A stretch of DNA of 29,713 nucleotides from Clostridia bacterium (GCA_045617125.1 JAZLIA010000109.1:1-29713); one strand, 5' to 3'. Positions 1 to 9,264 are shown, counted from the stretch's first letter. The notes: a model not told the origin generated them from the letters alone. Translations and numbers: made by a program.

Positions 1-636
1 CTGGAAAGGGAAGAGCGGGAGGCCGCCGGGCGCTGGGTGCTTGAGGATATGCAAAAATACGGCGGCATCACCTGGGGCACCGCCACGACCCCCATTGCCC
101 TGCACGGCCTTTGCTGCTTGGGGCTGGAAAAGGAGGCAAGCACGTTTTTGAGGAGGGATACCTATCCTTCCATTGGCTATATGTACCGCTGCGGAGCCAC
201 TACCGTGTGGGAACGCTGGGATGCCATCATGGAAAACCGTTTCCATCCGCATCAGATGAACGCATTCAGCCACATCGGGCTGGCTACGGTGGGGGAGTGG
301 ATGGTGTCCCGTATGGCAGGGATCCAGCCCGCTTCGCCCGGGTATCGGGATGTGCTTTTCAAACCGGTTTTTGACCGGGAAACGGGCTTTGCGGAGGCGG
401 TATATGAGTGCCCCTTTGGTCCCATTCACGTAAAATGGGAATTTGTTGGCGAAAGTGTCCATTATTTTGCGGATCTGCCAGAGGGGACCGGGGGAACGCT
501 CATTCTGCCTTATCCTGCGCAGAAGATCACCCGGAAAAGCACGGAGGCCGATGAATCGATCCTGGAAAATGGCAGCACGGAAACGAAGCTGCGGCTGGGA
601 TCCGGCTGCCATGAGCTGGTGATCCTTTTCCAGTGA
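1..636 (+). CDS. alpha-L-rhamnosidase-like (GH78) protein, C-terminal part; 5' end lies outside the window
   Basis: Frame 1 is open from base 1 (LEREEREAAGRWVLEDMQ...), with the stop at 634-636. The blocks GATTVWERWD and HIGLATVGEWM...GIQPASPGY resemble conserved C-terminal blocks of bacterial GH78 rhamnosidases (recalled, not searched). Confidence 0.6.
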   Translation: MEREEREAAGRWVLEDMQKYGGITWGTATTPIALHGLCCLGLEKEASTFLRRDTYPSIGYMYRCGATTVWERWDAIMENRFHPHQMNAFSHIGLATVGEWMVSRMAGIQPASPGYRDVLFKPVFDRETGFAEAVYECPFGPIHVKWEFVGESVHYFADLPEGTGGTLILPYPAQKITRKSTEADESILENGSTETKLRLGSGCHELVILFQ

Positions 637-790
637 GGGACGGTATCACCGTGCTTTCGTATTCAAATCCTGAGGAGGGATGTGCTTGTGACTTTTGAAA
701 GGCCGGGGAATGACGATCAATAATGCGCCGCCTGCAGTGGATAAAGCAGATCTGAAGGGATCCGGCAGGCAGACATCTTTACAGAAATTC

Positions 791-836
791 GAGCCCTGCG
801 CCGTGATGACAGGAATGCCATCACGGCACAGGGCTC
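791..836. terminator. long hairpin between convergent genes; possible bidirectional terminator
   Basis: gagccctgcgccgtgatg / catcacggcacagggctc form an 18-bp stem with one mismatch and a 10-nt loop. It sits between the rhamnosidase stop (636) and the GH1 stop (849). The flanking T-tracts are imperfect on both strands. Confidence 0.5.
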
Positions 837-848
837 GGATGCGTTATT

Positions 849-2195
849 TTACAGGTTTTCCCCGTTTGTTTCGATCACGCTTTTGTACCACCACGCGGAA
901 TCCTTCACGATCCTTTCCTGCGTATCATAATCCACATATATCATTCCAAAGCGCTGGCTGTATCCGCTGGACCATTCAAAGTTATCCATCAAACTCCACT
1001 GATAGTATCCCAGCACATCCACCCCGTCCTCAGCTGCTTTTTTCAGACAGATCAGGCAGCGGTGGAGATAGTCTTCCCTTTGGGGATCATGCACCTTTCC
1101 ATCCAGATGTACAAGATCCAAACCGGCAATTCCGTTTTCTGTAATGATAAATGGCAGCTTGTAACGCTCATACAAAAACTTTGGTCCCCAATACAGCGCT
1201 TCCGGAACCAGATACCAGCCAAAGGCGGATCTGGGATGACCTGGTTTCTTCATCACATGTTCCGGTCCATTCTTTCCAGAGCGGATGTACTCACCGAAAT
1301 AGATATTCTGACAGTAGAAATCCAGCGGCTGGCAGATCACTTTCATATCTTCCTTCCAGGTTTTCGGAAGAAACTGTTCCCTTTGCTTCAGCCCATCCTC
1401 CGGATAGGTGCCAAGCACGACCGGATCGCTCATCCAGCTGACGCCAAAGGATGAATGCTCGCCGTTAAAATAGGCTTTTTTTGCGGCTTCAATGTCTTCA
1501 ACGCTGTTGGTGTAAGGGATCAGTGAAAAAGCGCAGGGCGCATAACCTACACGGATATCCCTGCAGGCAGAACGAATCTCTTTAACGGCCAGGCCGTGAG
1601 CCATCAGCAGATGATGGATCATCACGGTGATCTCCGCCTCGCTCTTTTTATATCCTGGAGCAAAATTTCCCATGGCGTATCCGTTTCCGATGATGCACTG
1701 AGGTTCGTTGAAGGTGATCATGTCCTTCACTCTGTCTCCGTAGCGGCGTGCGCAGAAAGCGGCGTATTCACGGAACCATTCCGGACTCTCATCGTTCAAC
1801 CAGGAGCCTTTCTTTTCCAGCGTCGAGGGATAATCCCAGTGGAAAAGGGTCATCATGGGGCGAATGTCGTATTTGAGCAGCACATCGATCAGCCGATCAT
1901 AGAACGCGGCTCCCTTCTCGTTTACCTTGCCGATCCCTTCAGGGAAAATACGCGGCCACGATACGGAAAAACGGTAGCTCTTCAAGCCCAGTTCGGCCAT
2001 GAGCTTCACGTCCTCTTCCATGCGGTGATAATGATCGCAGGCGATGTCACCCGTGTGTCCTTCAAAGATCGCATCGGGCTTTTCATGACAAAAATCATCC
2101 CAGATGCTCGGCCCCTTGCCGTCTTCGTTCCATGCGCCCTCAATCTGAAATGCCGCGGTCGCGGCGCCCCAGATAAAATCCTTTCTGAAACTCAT
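849..2195 (-). CDS. GH1 beta-glucosidase / 6-phospho-beta-glucosidase
   Basis: GH1 signatures are present: FIWGAATAAFQIEGA near the N-terminus, TFNEP (acid/base Glu) and ITENG (nucleophile Glu). I moved the start to the ATG at 2195 (MSFRKDF...), which is preceded by GGGAGGAA and a 4-nt spacer. The track start at 2267 lies inside the promoter. Confidence 0.9.
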   Translation of the reverse strand: MSFRKDFIWGAATAAFQIEGAWNEDGKGPSIWDDFCHEKPDAIFEGHTGDIACDHYHRMEEDVKLMAELGLKSYRFSVSWPRIFPEGIGKVNEKGAAFYDRLIDVLLKYDIRPMMTLFHWDYPSTLEKKGSWLNDESPEWFREYAAFCARRYGDRVKDMITFNEPQCIIGNGYAMGNFAPGYKKSEAEITVMIHHLLMAHGLAVKEIRSACRDIRVGYAPCAFSLIPYTNSVEDIEAAKKAYFNGEHSSFGVSWMSDPVVLGTYPEDGLKQREQFLPKTWKEDMKVICQPLDFYCQNIYFGEYIRSGKNGPEHVMKKPGHPRSAFGWYLVPEALYWGPKFLYERYKLPFIITENGIAGLDLVHLDGKVHDPQREDYLHRCLICLKKAAEDGVDVLGYYQWSLMDNFEWSSGYSQRFGMIYVDYDTQERIVKDSAWWYKSVIETNGENL

Positions 2196-2238
2196 ATCGT
2201 TCCTCCCGCTATGGCTGATAAATTGATCTCCTGTCTGC

Positions 2239-2267
2239 ATTATAGGGGCTATCGTCTGCTGTGTCAA
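2239..2267 (-). promoter_or_regulatory. sigma-A-type promoter of the GH1 gene
   Basis: Minus strand: TTGACA (2262-2267), 17 nt, TATAAT (2239-2244). Both hexamers are consensus, about 40 nt upstream of the ATG. Confidence 0.7.
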
Positions 2268-2312
2268 TGCGGTTTATTCTGTCCGGCTGTTTACGACAGG
2301 AGCAATGTTAAC

Positions 2313-2368
2313 AGAATAAAACAGCCCCGTTCCGATTCACAAGTAAATGTGAACCGAAACGGGGCTGT
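2313..2368 (-). terminator. intrinsic terminator after glgP
   Basis: Minus strand: acagccccgtttcggttcac / gtgaatcggaacggggctgt form a roughly 20-bp stem (two G-U pairs), followed by TTTTATT. It lies 17 nt after the glgP stop. Confidence 0.85.
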
Positions 2369-2384
2369 ATCCTGTTTCATATTA

Positions 2385-4808
2385 TCAGATGTGCCAGATA
2401 AGGTCGTTGTATTCCCGGATCGTTCTGTCACTGGAGAAGATGCCGCTCTTTGCGGTGTTGATCACAGCCATACGCAGCCACTTGTCCCGGTCGGCATAAT
2501 CCCGGTCCACTCTGCGCTGGGCCATGGAATAGCTGCCGAAATCCTTGAGAACGAAGTAAGGATCGGAGAAGAGCAGGTTGTGATAAATATCCTGCAGCGT
2601 GGCGGGGGCATCGGGGAAGAGCGTGCCGTCGATGATTTGCATCAGAGCCCGTCTGAGCTCGCCATTCGTTTCAAAAATGTGCATCGGGCTGTAGTTGCCT
2701 TCTTTATAGAGGGCGGATACCGTGTCGGCCCGCATGCCGAAAATGTAGATGTTGTCGTCGCCTACAGCGTCATAGATTTCCACATTGGCGCCGTCCATGG
2801 TGCCGATCGTGACCGCGCCGTTCATCATGAACTTCATGTTGCCGGTGCCGCTGGCTTCCTTGCCGGCGGTGGAGAGCTGCTCGCTCAGGTCTGCCGCGGG
2901 GATCAGGAATTCCGCGCTGGAAACATCGTAATTCTCCAGGAACACCACCTTCAGCATACGTTTGGCCCGAGGAGTGCGGTCGATCAGCTTGCTGATCGAG
3001 ATGATCAGGCGGATGATCTGTTTGGCCATATAGTAGCTGGGGCTGGCTTTGGCGCCAAAGATGAAGGTGCGGGGAGTCATTTCGTAGTTGGGATCATCCA
3101 TGATGCGGTTGTAAAGCACCAGGATGTGCAGGGCATTGAGCATCTGCCGCTTGTATTCGTGAAGGCGCTTGGCCTGAACGTCAAACATGAAATCCGGGTC
3201 CACACTCATCTTCTGCCGCTGCATCAGCATGTTGCTGAAGGCTTCCTTGTTTTTACGCTTCACCGTGTCAAATTCAGCCCGGAAAGCGGCGTCATCGGCG
3301 TAGGGGGTAAGGTCGTTCAGATACTCCGGTTCCTTTATCCATCTGTCGCCGATGGTTTCGAGCAGAAGGTGTTTCAGGTTGCGGTTGGCTGCCATCAGCC
3401 AGCGGCGATGGGTGATGCCGTTGGTGATCGAGCTGAATTTTTCGGGCATGACGCTGTAATAATCCCGGAAGGTATCCTGCTTGAGGATCTCACCGTGCAG
3501 CTGGCTCACACCGTTCACGGAATGGCTCATTGCCACGCACAGGTTGGCCATGTGCACCATATCGTAGGCCGTGACCGCCATGCCCGCGATGCGGGGATCA
3601 CACCCGTTGTTGAAATGATGGGCCAGACGCTCGCATACCCGGCGGTTGATTTCCTGAAGGATCATATAGATGCGGGGCACCACGTTTTTCATCATTTCCT
3701 CGGGCCAGCGTTCCAGGGCTTCGCTCATTACGGTGTGATTGGTGTAGGCGATGGTGTTGCGTACGATCAGGCTGGCTTCATCCCAGCCGAGGCCTTCTTC
3801 ATCGATCAAAAGCCTCATCAGCTCGGGAATGGCAAGGCCGGGATGGGTGTCGTTGATATGAATGGCCATTTTTTCCGGGATCAGGCGGAAATTGTTGCCG
3901 AAACGGCGCTTAAAATCCTTCAGAGCATACTGCAGTGTGGCACTGGTGAAAAAGTAGTGCTGCTTGAGACGCAGCTCGCGGCCTTCGTAGTGATTGTCAT
4001 CGGGATAGAGCACGCGGCTGATCACGGTGGCCAGGTCTTCCTCCTGCATGCTGCGCAGATAATCTCCGCCGCCGAACTGCAGAAGGCCTGTGGGGTTGGG
4101 AGATTTTGCGCGCCATGTGCGCAGGGAATTGACGGTGTCGTTGTCATAGCCGATCACGGGCATATCATAAGGAACGGCCAGAACCGTGCGGTAATCCTTC
4201 AGCTCGAATACCTGACGGCCATCTCTCACATTTTCATCGACCCGGCCATAGAAGTGCACCTCCATCGTGTCCTCGGGAGCGGCCACTTCCCACACGTTGC
4301 CGTTATCCAGCCAGCTGTCCGGAACCTCGACCTGCTGGCCGTTGATGATCCTCTGGCGGAACAGGCCGTATTCATAGCGGATGGTGCAGCCCATAGCAGG
4401 CAGCCCCAGGGAGGCCAGACTGTCCATGAAGCAGGCGGCCAGACGGCCCAGGCCGCCGTTGCCCAGGGCGGGTTCGGGTTCTTCCGTGAGTACCTGCCGC
4501 CAGTTGATGCCCAGCTCCTTCAGGGCTTCCACGTAGTTCTTGCTGCTGCACAGGTTGAGCATGTTGCAATAAAGGCTGCGGCCGGTAAGAAATTCCACCG
4601 ACAGATAATAGAGACGCTTTCCGGTGTAGCTTTTGTCCTTTTCGCGGGCAGCGGTCCACTTGAGCATGATCTGATCCCTCACCGTGGTGGCTACGGCATT
4701 GTAGATCTGCTGTGGGGTAGCATCATTCAGGGTGCGGCCATTATAGCGCTGCAGCTTGCTCACGATGGAGGTCTTGATGGATTCTTTATCGAAATGAGTG
4801 GTGGGCAT
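2385..4808 (-). CDS. glgP: glycogen/maltodextrin phosphorylase (GT35)
   Basis: About 807 aa, with the pyridoxal-phosphate site block EASGTGNMKFMMNGA and GT35-like sequence throughout. I moved the start to the ATG at 4808 (MPTTHFDKESIK), which is preceded by GGAGGA. Confidence 0.92.
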   Translation of the reverse strand: MPTTHFDKESIKTSIVSKLQRYNGRTLNDATPQQIYNAVATTVRDQIMLKWTAAREKDKSYTGKRLYYLSVEFLTGRSLYCNMLNLCSSKNYVEALKELGINWRQVLTEEPEPALGNGGLGRLAACFMDSLASLGLPAMGCTIRYEYGLFRQRIINGQQVEVPDSWLDNGNVWEVAAPEDTMEVHFYGRVDENVRDGRQVFELKDYRTVLAVPYDMPVIGYDNDTVNSLRTWRAKSPNPTGLLQFGGGDYLRSMQEEDLATVISRVLYPDDNHYEGRELRLKQHYFFTSATLQYALKDFKRRFGNNFRLIPEKMAIHINDTHPGLAIPELMRLLIDEEGLGWDEASLIVRNTIAYTNHTVMSEALERWPEEMMKNVVPRIYMILQEINRRVCERLAHHFNNGCDPRIAGMAVTAYDMVHMANLCVAMSHSVNGVSQLHGEILKQDTFRDYYSVMPEKFSSITNGITHRRWLMAANRNLKHLLLETIGDRWIKEPEYLNDLTPYADDAAFRAEFDTVKRKNKEAFSNMLMQRQKMSVDPDFMFDVQAKRLHEYKRQMLNALHILVLYNRIMDDPNYEMTPRTFIFGAKASPSYYMAKQIIRLIISISKLIDRTPRAKRMLKVVFLENYDVSSAEFLIPAADLSEQLSTAGKEASGTGNMKFMMNGAVTIGTMDGANVEIYDAVGDDNIYIFGMRADTVSALYKEGNYSPMHIFETNGELRRALMQIIDGTLFPDAPATLQDIYHNLLFSDPYFVLKDFGSYSMAQRRVDRDYADRDKWLRMAVINTAKSGIFSSDRTIREYNDLIWHI

Positions 4809-4867
4809 GACGGAAATCCTCCGGATATAATGATAAATGAAGATGATGCCGAAAAAGCACCATTCAC

Positions 4868-4896
4868 ATTTTATCATATCAGTCGTTTTGTTTCAA
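4868..4896 (-). promoter_or_regulatory. sigma-A-type promoter of glgP
   Basis: Minus strand: TTGAAA (4891-4896), 17 nt, TGaTAAAAT (extended -10, hexamer 4868-4873). Confidence 0.6.
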
Positions 4897-4937
4897 TGTG
4901 CAGACCGGGCCAATTCTGCCCTCTTCAGCCTGTTTTG

Positions 4938-6503
4938 TCAGTAATCGTAACCGAAATAGAAGCCGGGGTCGTTCAGCTGATATTTTTGTCCGTTAAAGAA
5001 GAACATGGAGCCGTAGGCCGGGAGGAACTCTTCTTCAGGATCGGAACCGTTTTCCATTTCAAGGTTCCACCAGCTTTCAAAGTCCGGTACTCCCAGAGCT
5101 GCTTTGGGAGTGAACCCGGAAAGATCAGTGGAGCCGTACCCGGACGCGCGGCAATCCAGCTTTACGGCAAGCTCATGCTGAATATCGCCTTCCACGGTCA
5201 CCATAAACACGGCTTCGCCGTTTACGCCTGTAAGGCGGCCCTGCGTGTCGGAGGTGAAAACGAGATCAACCTTTTTAAATCGGATCTGCTGCATCAGATA
5301 CATCAGGCTCTGGAAGGGTGTGAAACGCTCTCTCGCTGCGCGCAATTGATCGGGCATGGTGATCACTTCCGCCATTCCGTCCGCATAAATGTGCACTCCC
5401 AGGGCGTCTGGAACCTCTCTGGCCGCGGCCAGGTATTTTTCACACATGCCGCTCAGCATTTCCAGATAGGCCTGTTCCAGATTGGGGTCGCTGATCGGTC
5501 CGAACACAGCATATTCTGCTTCCCGGCTCATTTCTTCGCCGGTCACTTCCTGATAATAGGCGCGGAAAGCGGCGTCACGGTTATCCCAGATAAGCGGGAT
5601 ATCGTTGGACAGATGCAGATATTCTTCCTCTGTGTCAAAGGTGACGATGCTGCCGTCCTTCAGGATCACGGAATACATTTTTCCGGTAAGCCAGGCCTGC
5701 TGCTCCGTTTCGCCGATCTTGTCCGTCACGGTGAACCAGGCTTCCATTTCGGGGGTGTTTTCCTGATCGCTTGTCTGGATGCGATCCCAGAAATACTCCG
5801 GAAGAGGTTGCCCGTACATTTGTTCGTAGGTGTTGGCAAACAGGATGTCATAATCCTCATAGATCACCTGGGGTACCGGCTCCCAGTCATAGCCGACAAA
5901 CATGCCGGGATTGCCGTAACCCAGCTCCCAGGAAACCGAAGCGAGCATTTCCGGCAGAAATACCTGGATCGCTTCCGGAATGTTTTCTTCATCGGCCTTC
6001 AGCTGAACGCGGAGGGAACCGTCTTTAGTGCTTTCACTGCTTACGATGCCGGGAGAAAGCAGACTGCCCACATTGGCGATCACGGTGCCCGCGGCAGTGA
6101 AGGCTTCTTTCAGAATGCTGCTGCGGATCACGCTGCGGGACGGATCCACGCCGCAGTCGCCGTAATATTCCGTATCAAAATCGTGAAACCAGGCCAGACC
6201 GTCCTTTCCCAGCACGGAGTAGCCGCTGTGCCTGGTTGAACCGTCATGCAGGGGGGTGAACACGTTGATGCTCAGAAGCGAATCCAGCCCATCCTTGCTG
6301 ATTTCGGCTTCCACCTGCTTGAAGCTTTTTCCGTCCAGAAAAAACTCCGCCTTGCCGGAGAGGGATACGTTTTCCGTGTCGAAGGCCAGGGCACAGCCCT
6401 GCTTAAAAAGGGTGGAAAGTTCGGTCTCCGCCAGGGCAAGAGAAAGCACCATGAGCAGGATCCCCAAAGTGGTGAAAAGGGAAATTCGTTTTGCTTTTTT
6501 CAT
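4938..6503 (-). CDS. secreted protein of unknown function (about 521 aa)
   Basis: I set the start at the ATG at 6503 (MKKAKRISLFTTLGILLMVLSLALA ETEL). This gives a basic n-region, a hydrophobic core and an ALA-E signal-peptidase I-like site, with a GAGG SD 6 nt upstream. The track start at 6743 would overlap the upstream peptidase gene. I recognise no domain. Confidence 0.7.
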   Translation of the reverse strand: MKKAKRISLFTTLGILLMVLSLALAETELSTLFKQGCALAFDTENVSLSGKAEFFLDGKSFKQVEAEISKDGLDSLLSINVFTPLHDGSTRHSGYSVLGKDGLAWFHDFDTEYYGDCGVDPSRSVIRSSILKEAFTAAGTVIANVGSLLSPGIVSSESTKDGSLRVQLKADEENIPEAIQVFLPEMLASVSWELGYGNPGMFVGYDWEPVPQVIYEDYDILFANTYEQMYGQPLPEYFWDRIQTSDQENTPEMEAWFTVTDKIGETEQQAWLTGKMYSVILKDGSIVTFDTEEEYLHLSNDIPLIWDNRDAAFRAYYQEVTGEEMSREAEYAVFGPISDPNLEQAYLEMLSGMCEKYLAAAREVPDALGVHIYADGMAEVITMPDQLRAARERFTPFQSLMYLMQQIRFKKVDLVFTSDTQGRLTGVNGEAVFMVTVEGDIQHELAVKLDCRASGYGSTDLSGFTPKAALGVPDFESWWNLEMENGSDPEEEFLPAYGSMFFFNGQKYQLNDPGFYFGYDY

Positions 6504-6525
6504 GATCTGCCTCATCCTGTGTGAT

Positions 6526-7560
6526 TTATTCGTTTTCACTGTCGCTTTCAACAAAGGCCTTTGCCAGCATAAGGGTATTCCTGATGCCGTCCAGATGGGT
6601 GCGCTCGTAGCCGTGGGAGGCAAACACTCCGGGCCCGATGAGGGTATACCTGATGTCGTTTCCGCTGCGCAGAGCGGTCGAGCAGTCGGAGGAATAGGAG
6701 GGATACACGTCCACAGCGTAGGAAAGACGGTTTTCTTCGGCAAGAGAGATCAACCGGTGAGTGAGAATGTGATCGTAGGGGCCGGCGCTGTCCTTTGCAC
6801 AGATGGACACCATGTTTTCTCTGCAGCCCAGATCGTCTCCCACGCACCCCATATCGATGGCCAGCATGTCCCGGATGTTTTCCGGCAGCTTCATGCTGGC
6901 CCCGTGACCGACCTCCTCATAAACCGAGAACAGCAGCGTCACGTGCCGTTTCAGCTGAACTTCTCCGCTCCTGACCCCTTTGGCCAGGGAAAGCAATATG
7001 CCGCTGGAGGCTTTGTCATCCAAATGGCGGCTCTTGATGAACCCGGAGGGGGTCACACGCGTGCGGGGATCCCATGCAATGAAGCAGCCGGGGCGGATGC
7101 CAAGGGCTTCCGTGTCCGCTGCGGAGGATACGTTTTCATCCAGCACGATCTCCATCGTTTCTTCTTCCCGGCTGTCCTTGCCCATGCCGGGATACACGTG
7201 CTGACTGGCCTTCACATGCTGAACGGTGCCGGAATACTCTTTTCCGTCATAGGTAAAGACGGTGCAGTTTTCTGTTTCCACGGTCGCATCCTGCCAGCCG
7301 CCGATGTGAGTGTAACGCAGGCGGCCGTTTGGCTTCACCGAGCGCACCATTGCGCCGAGCGTATCCACATGGCTTGCCAGCAGTGTGCCTGTGCCTTCGC
7401 CGCCAAGGTCGCACATGACGGCGCCCTTACGGGTCTTTACAGGGGAAAAGCCCATTTCCAACAGGGTATTCATAAGATAATCCGTTACTTTGAACGTATA
7501 TCCCGTTGGGGAGGGAATAGAAAGCAAATGGGAGATCTGTTCGACAGCATAATCGATCAT
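6526..7560 (-). CDS. M42 family metallo-aminopeptidase (FrvX/CelM/PepA-like)
   Basis: The N-terminus LLSIPSPTGYT and the metal-ligand blocks SHVDTLG, HLDDKASSG, EEVGHGAS and IDMGCVGDD are typical of M42. The SD is GGAGG. Confidence 0.85.
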   Translation of the reverse strand: MIDYAVEQISHLLSIPSPTGYTFKVTDYLMNTLLEMGFSPVKTRKGAVMCDLGGEGTGTLLASHVDTLGAMVRSVKPNGRLRYTHIGGWQDATVETENCTVFTYDGKEYSGTVQHVKASQHVYPGMGKDSREEETMEIVLDENVSSAADTEALGIRPGCFIAWDPRTRVTPSGFIKSRHLDDKASSGILLSLAKGVRSGEVQLKRHVTLLFSVYEEVGHGASMKLPENIRDMLAIDMGCVGDDLGCRENMVSICAKDSAGPYDHILTHRLISLAEENRLSYAVDVYPSYSSDCSTALRSGNDIRYTLIGPGVFASHGYERTHLDGIRNTLMLAKAFVESDSENE

Positions 7561-7583
7561 TATTTATCGCCTCCAATCATTCA

Positions 7584-7616
7584 ATAAAAAGACGGCGGAT
7601 CATTTTTACCCGCCGT
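7584..7616 (-). terminator. intrinsic terminator after the CofE-like gene
   Basis: Minus strand: ACGGCGG, an 11-nt loop, CCGCCGT, then CTTTTTATT. Confidence 0.6.
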
Positions 7617-7622
7617 ATGGGA

Positions 7623-8363
7623 TCATTTTTTGAGGGGCCGGATCAGGATGAACGGGGTGAGCTCGTCTCCCTGGCCGGAGGGATTATCCTTCATGGCTTC
7701 CTGGATCTGGGCATCGGAAAGCGGGAAACGGGTGCCCTTGCCCAGCTGGTTCTGGTCAAAATCGTTGGCGTCCATCACCACAGTGGGAACGCCGGTCGCT
7801 TTCTCGATCTCGTCGCACAATTCGGGCGAGTTCTGCGGGTTGATCACGCCCATATTGTGATAAACCTCAAAGCTGCTGTCGGGATAGAAACCGTCAATGC
7901 CCGCCACGTCGTGTCCGCAGATCTTGTAGAACAGCCCCTTCACACCGAAGGGACGGGTGACAGCGGAAATGAGGGCGGCAAAGAGCACCCGGGGCAGGCC
8001 GCAGATCTCGATCACCAATTGCATTTTATGCTCGCTGTGCATTCCGATGCCGGTGGAATTGTGCCCGGCGAAAGGGGCCAGATGCCGGGCCCACCAGCCG
8101 GGATGAGTGTCTTCCAGCGTGCGCACGTTGTTTGTGCACATGCCCATCACCTTGGCTGTGAAGGAAAGACAGTCGCCCTTTTCGTAAAGGGGCAGTACAT
8201 ATTTGCGTACCAGCTCGCATTGATCCTCACCGGGGTTCACAAAGTGGGTCTGGATCGCGAAACGCTGATAGCTCCGGCCTTCAGCACCCTGAATGACGCC
8301 GCGGTCAAAATAAATGATGCCGTCCTTTTCCCGGCGCTGCTGCTGTGTGTTGCGGTTGCTCAT
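7623..8363 (-). CDS. F420-0:gamma-glutamyl ligase (CofE)-like domain protein
   Basis: The overall pattern (....GD.LSFTAKVMGM..., C-terminal DNPSGQGDELTPFILIRP) resembles the CofE/F420-ligase fold family that is widely mis-annotated in Firmicutes. I moved the start to the ATG at 8363 (MSNRNTQQ), preceded by GGAGGAG. Confidence 0.5.
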   Translation of the reverse strand: MSNRNTQQQRREKDGIIYFDRGVIQGAEGRSYQRFAIQTHFVNPGEDQCELVRKYVLPLYEKGDCLSFTAKVMGMCTNNVRTLEDTHPGWWARHLAPFAGHNSTGIGMHSEHKMQLVIEICGLPRVLFAALISAVTRPFGVKGLFYKICGHDVAGIDGFYPDSSFEVYHNMGVINPQNSPELCDEIEKATGVPTVVMDANDFDQNQLGKGTRFPLSDAQIQEAMKDNPSGQGDELTPFILIRPLKK

Positions 8364-8419
8364 CGTATTCTCCTCCGGAATATACGGATACACGTTTTCC
8401 GTACCTTGTTTCCGAATGC

Positions 8420-8448
8420 ATTTTACACCCCGGGAACGGGGATGTCAA
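8420..8448 (-). promoter_or_regulatory. sigma-A-type promoter of the CofE-like gene
   Basis: Minus strand: TTGACA (8443-8448), 17 nt, TAAAAT (8420-8425). Confidence 0.6.
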
Positions 8449-8492
8449 CGATGCTGATCTGTAAGTCTTCCTTTTTTATGCATCAAAAAAAC

Positions 8493-8521
8493 TTGATACC
8501 GGCTTTACGTATGGTTATAAT
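8493..8521 (+). promoter_or_regulatory. sigma-A-type promoter of the NUDIX gene
   Basis: TTGATA (8493-8498), 17 nt, TATAAT (8516-8521). It lies back-to-back with the minus-strand promoter about 45 nt away. Confidence 0.6.
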
Positions 8522-8631
8522 ATATACGTGGATTTGTTTGCATTCAGAAATCATGACCGGCTTTTCCTATCCTCTCTGCAGGGGGACGGATCCATATCCC
8601 AAAGAAAGAGAAGAGAACTCGGGAGGCATTT

Positions 8632-9159
8632 ATGGCAGAGGTATTTGATCTGCTGGATAAAAACCGGATTCCCACTGGAGAAAAGATCTTCCGGGGAAGT
8701 CATTTCAGCAAAGGGCAGTATCACCAGGTGGTACATATCTGTATTTTCAACCAGGCCGGGCAAATGCTCATCCAGCAGCGTCAGCCCTTTAAGGAAGGCT
8801 GGCCCGGTTTCTGGGATATCACCCTGGGCGGAAGCGCTGTTCAGGGAGAAGACCCCTGTGCGGGCGCTCACAGGGAACTGATGGAGGAACTGGGGATCGA
8901 TTATGACTTTACGGATGCCCGTCCTCAGCTGACGATCAACTTTGAACACGGGTTTGATGATTATTTCATCCTGGGGATGGAACTGGACCCGTCCGAGCTG
9001 CACCTTCAGCCGGAGGAAGTGCAATCCGCCCGCTGGGCTGCCAGGGATGAGATTCATGAAATGATCGACAGGGGCGTTTTCATTCCCTACTGGCATGAGC
9101 TTATCGACCTTCTTTTTGCCAGCCGGTTCCATTGGGGCGCGCATCAGCCCCATGATTGA
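8632..9159 (+). CDS. NUDIX hydrolase
   Basis: The Nudix box GX5EX7REUXEEXGU is present as GGSAVQGEDPCAGAHRELMEELGI. The SD is GGGAGG, 5 nt upstream of the ATG. Confidence 0.85.
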   Translation: MAEVFDLLDKNRIPTGEKIFRGSHFSKGQYHQVVHICIFNQAGQMLIQQRQPFKEGWPGFWDITLGGSAVQGEDPCAGAHRELMEELGIDYDFTDARPQLTINFEHGFDDYFILGMELDPSELHLQPEEVQSARWAARDEIHEMIDRGVFIPYWHELIDLLFASRFHWGAHQPHD

Positions 9160-9191
9160 TAACTGGGATCATTTCGGAAAAAAACCGTATG

Positions 9192-9219
9192 ATTTCACAA
9201 TTTGGCCATAATTGTATAG
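9192..9219 (+). promoter_or_regulatory. possible promoter of the ABC/Hsp70 gene string
   Basis: TTTCAC (9192-9197), 16 nt, TATAGT (9214-9219). The -35 match is weak. Confidence 0.3.
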
Positions 9220-9264
9220 TATGATATAGATGATCCGGTGAAATATCCGGGTCTGGGAGGGAAA

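Noticed and set aside
2196-2267. N-terminal extensions proposed by the ORF track (here, and also at 4809-4877, 6504-6743, 8364-8393, 24920-25006 and 29584-29628)
   Set aside because: In each case an internal ATG has a GGAGG-type SD at the correct spacing. The extension would overlap a promoter, a riboswitch or the upstream gene.
1596-6239. Giant 1547-aa plus-strand ORF
   Set aside because: It runs antisense to three well-supported minus-strand genes (GH1, glgP, secreted protein) and straight through their promoters and terminator. It has no SD, and its His/Gly/Ala/Val-rich translation has no recognisable motifs. This is a typical shadow ORF of codon-biased, GC-rich coding DNA.
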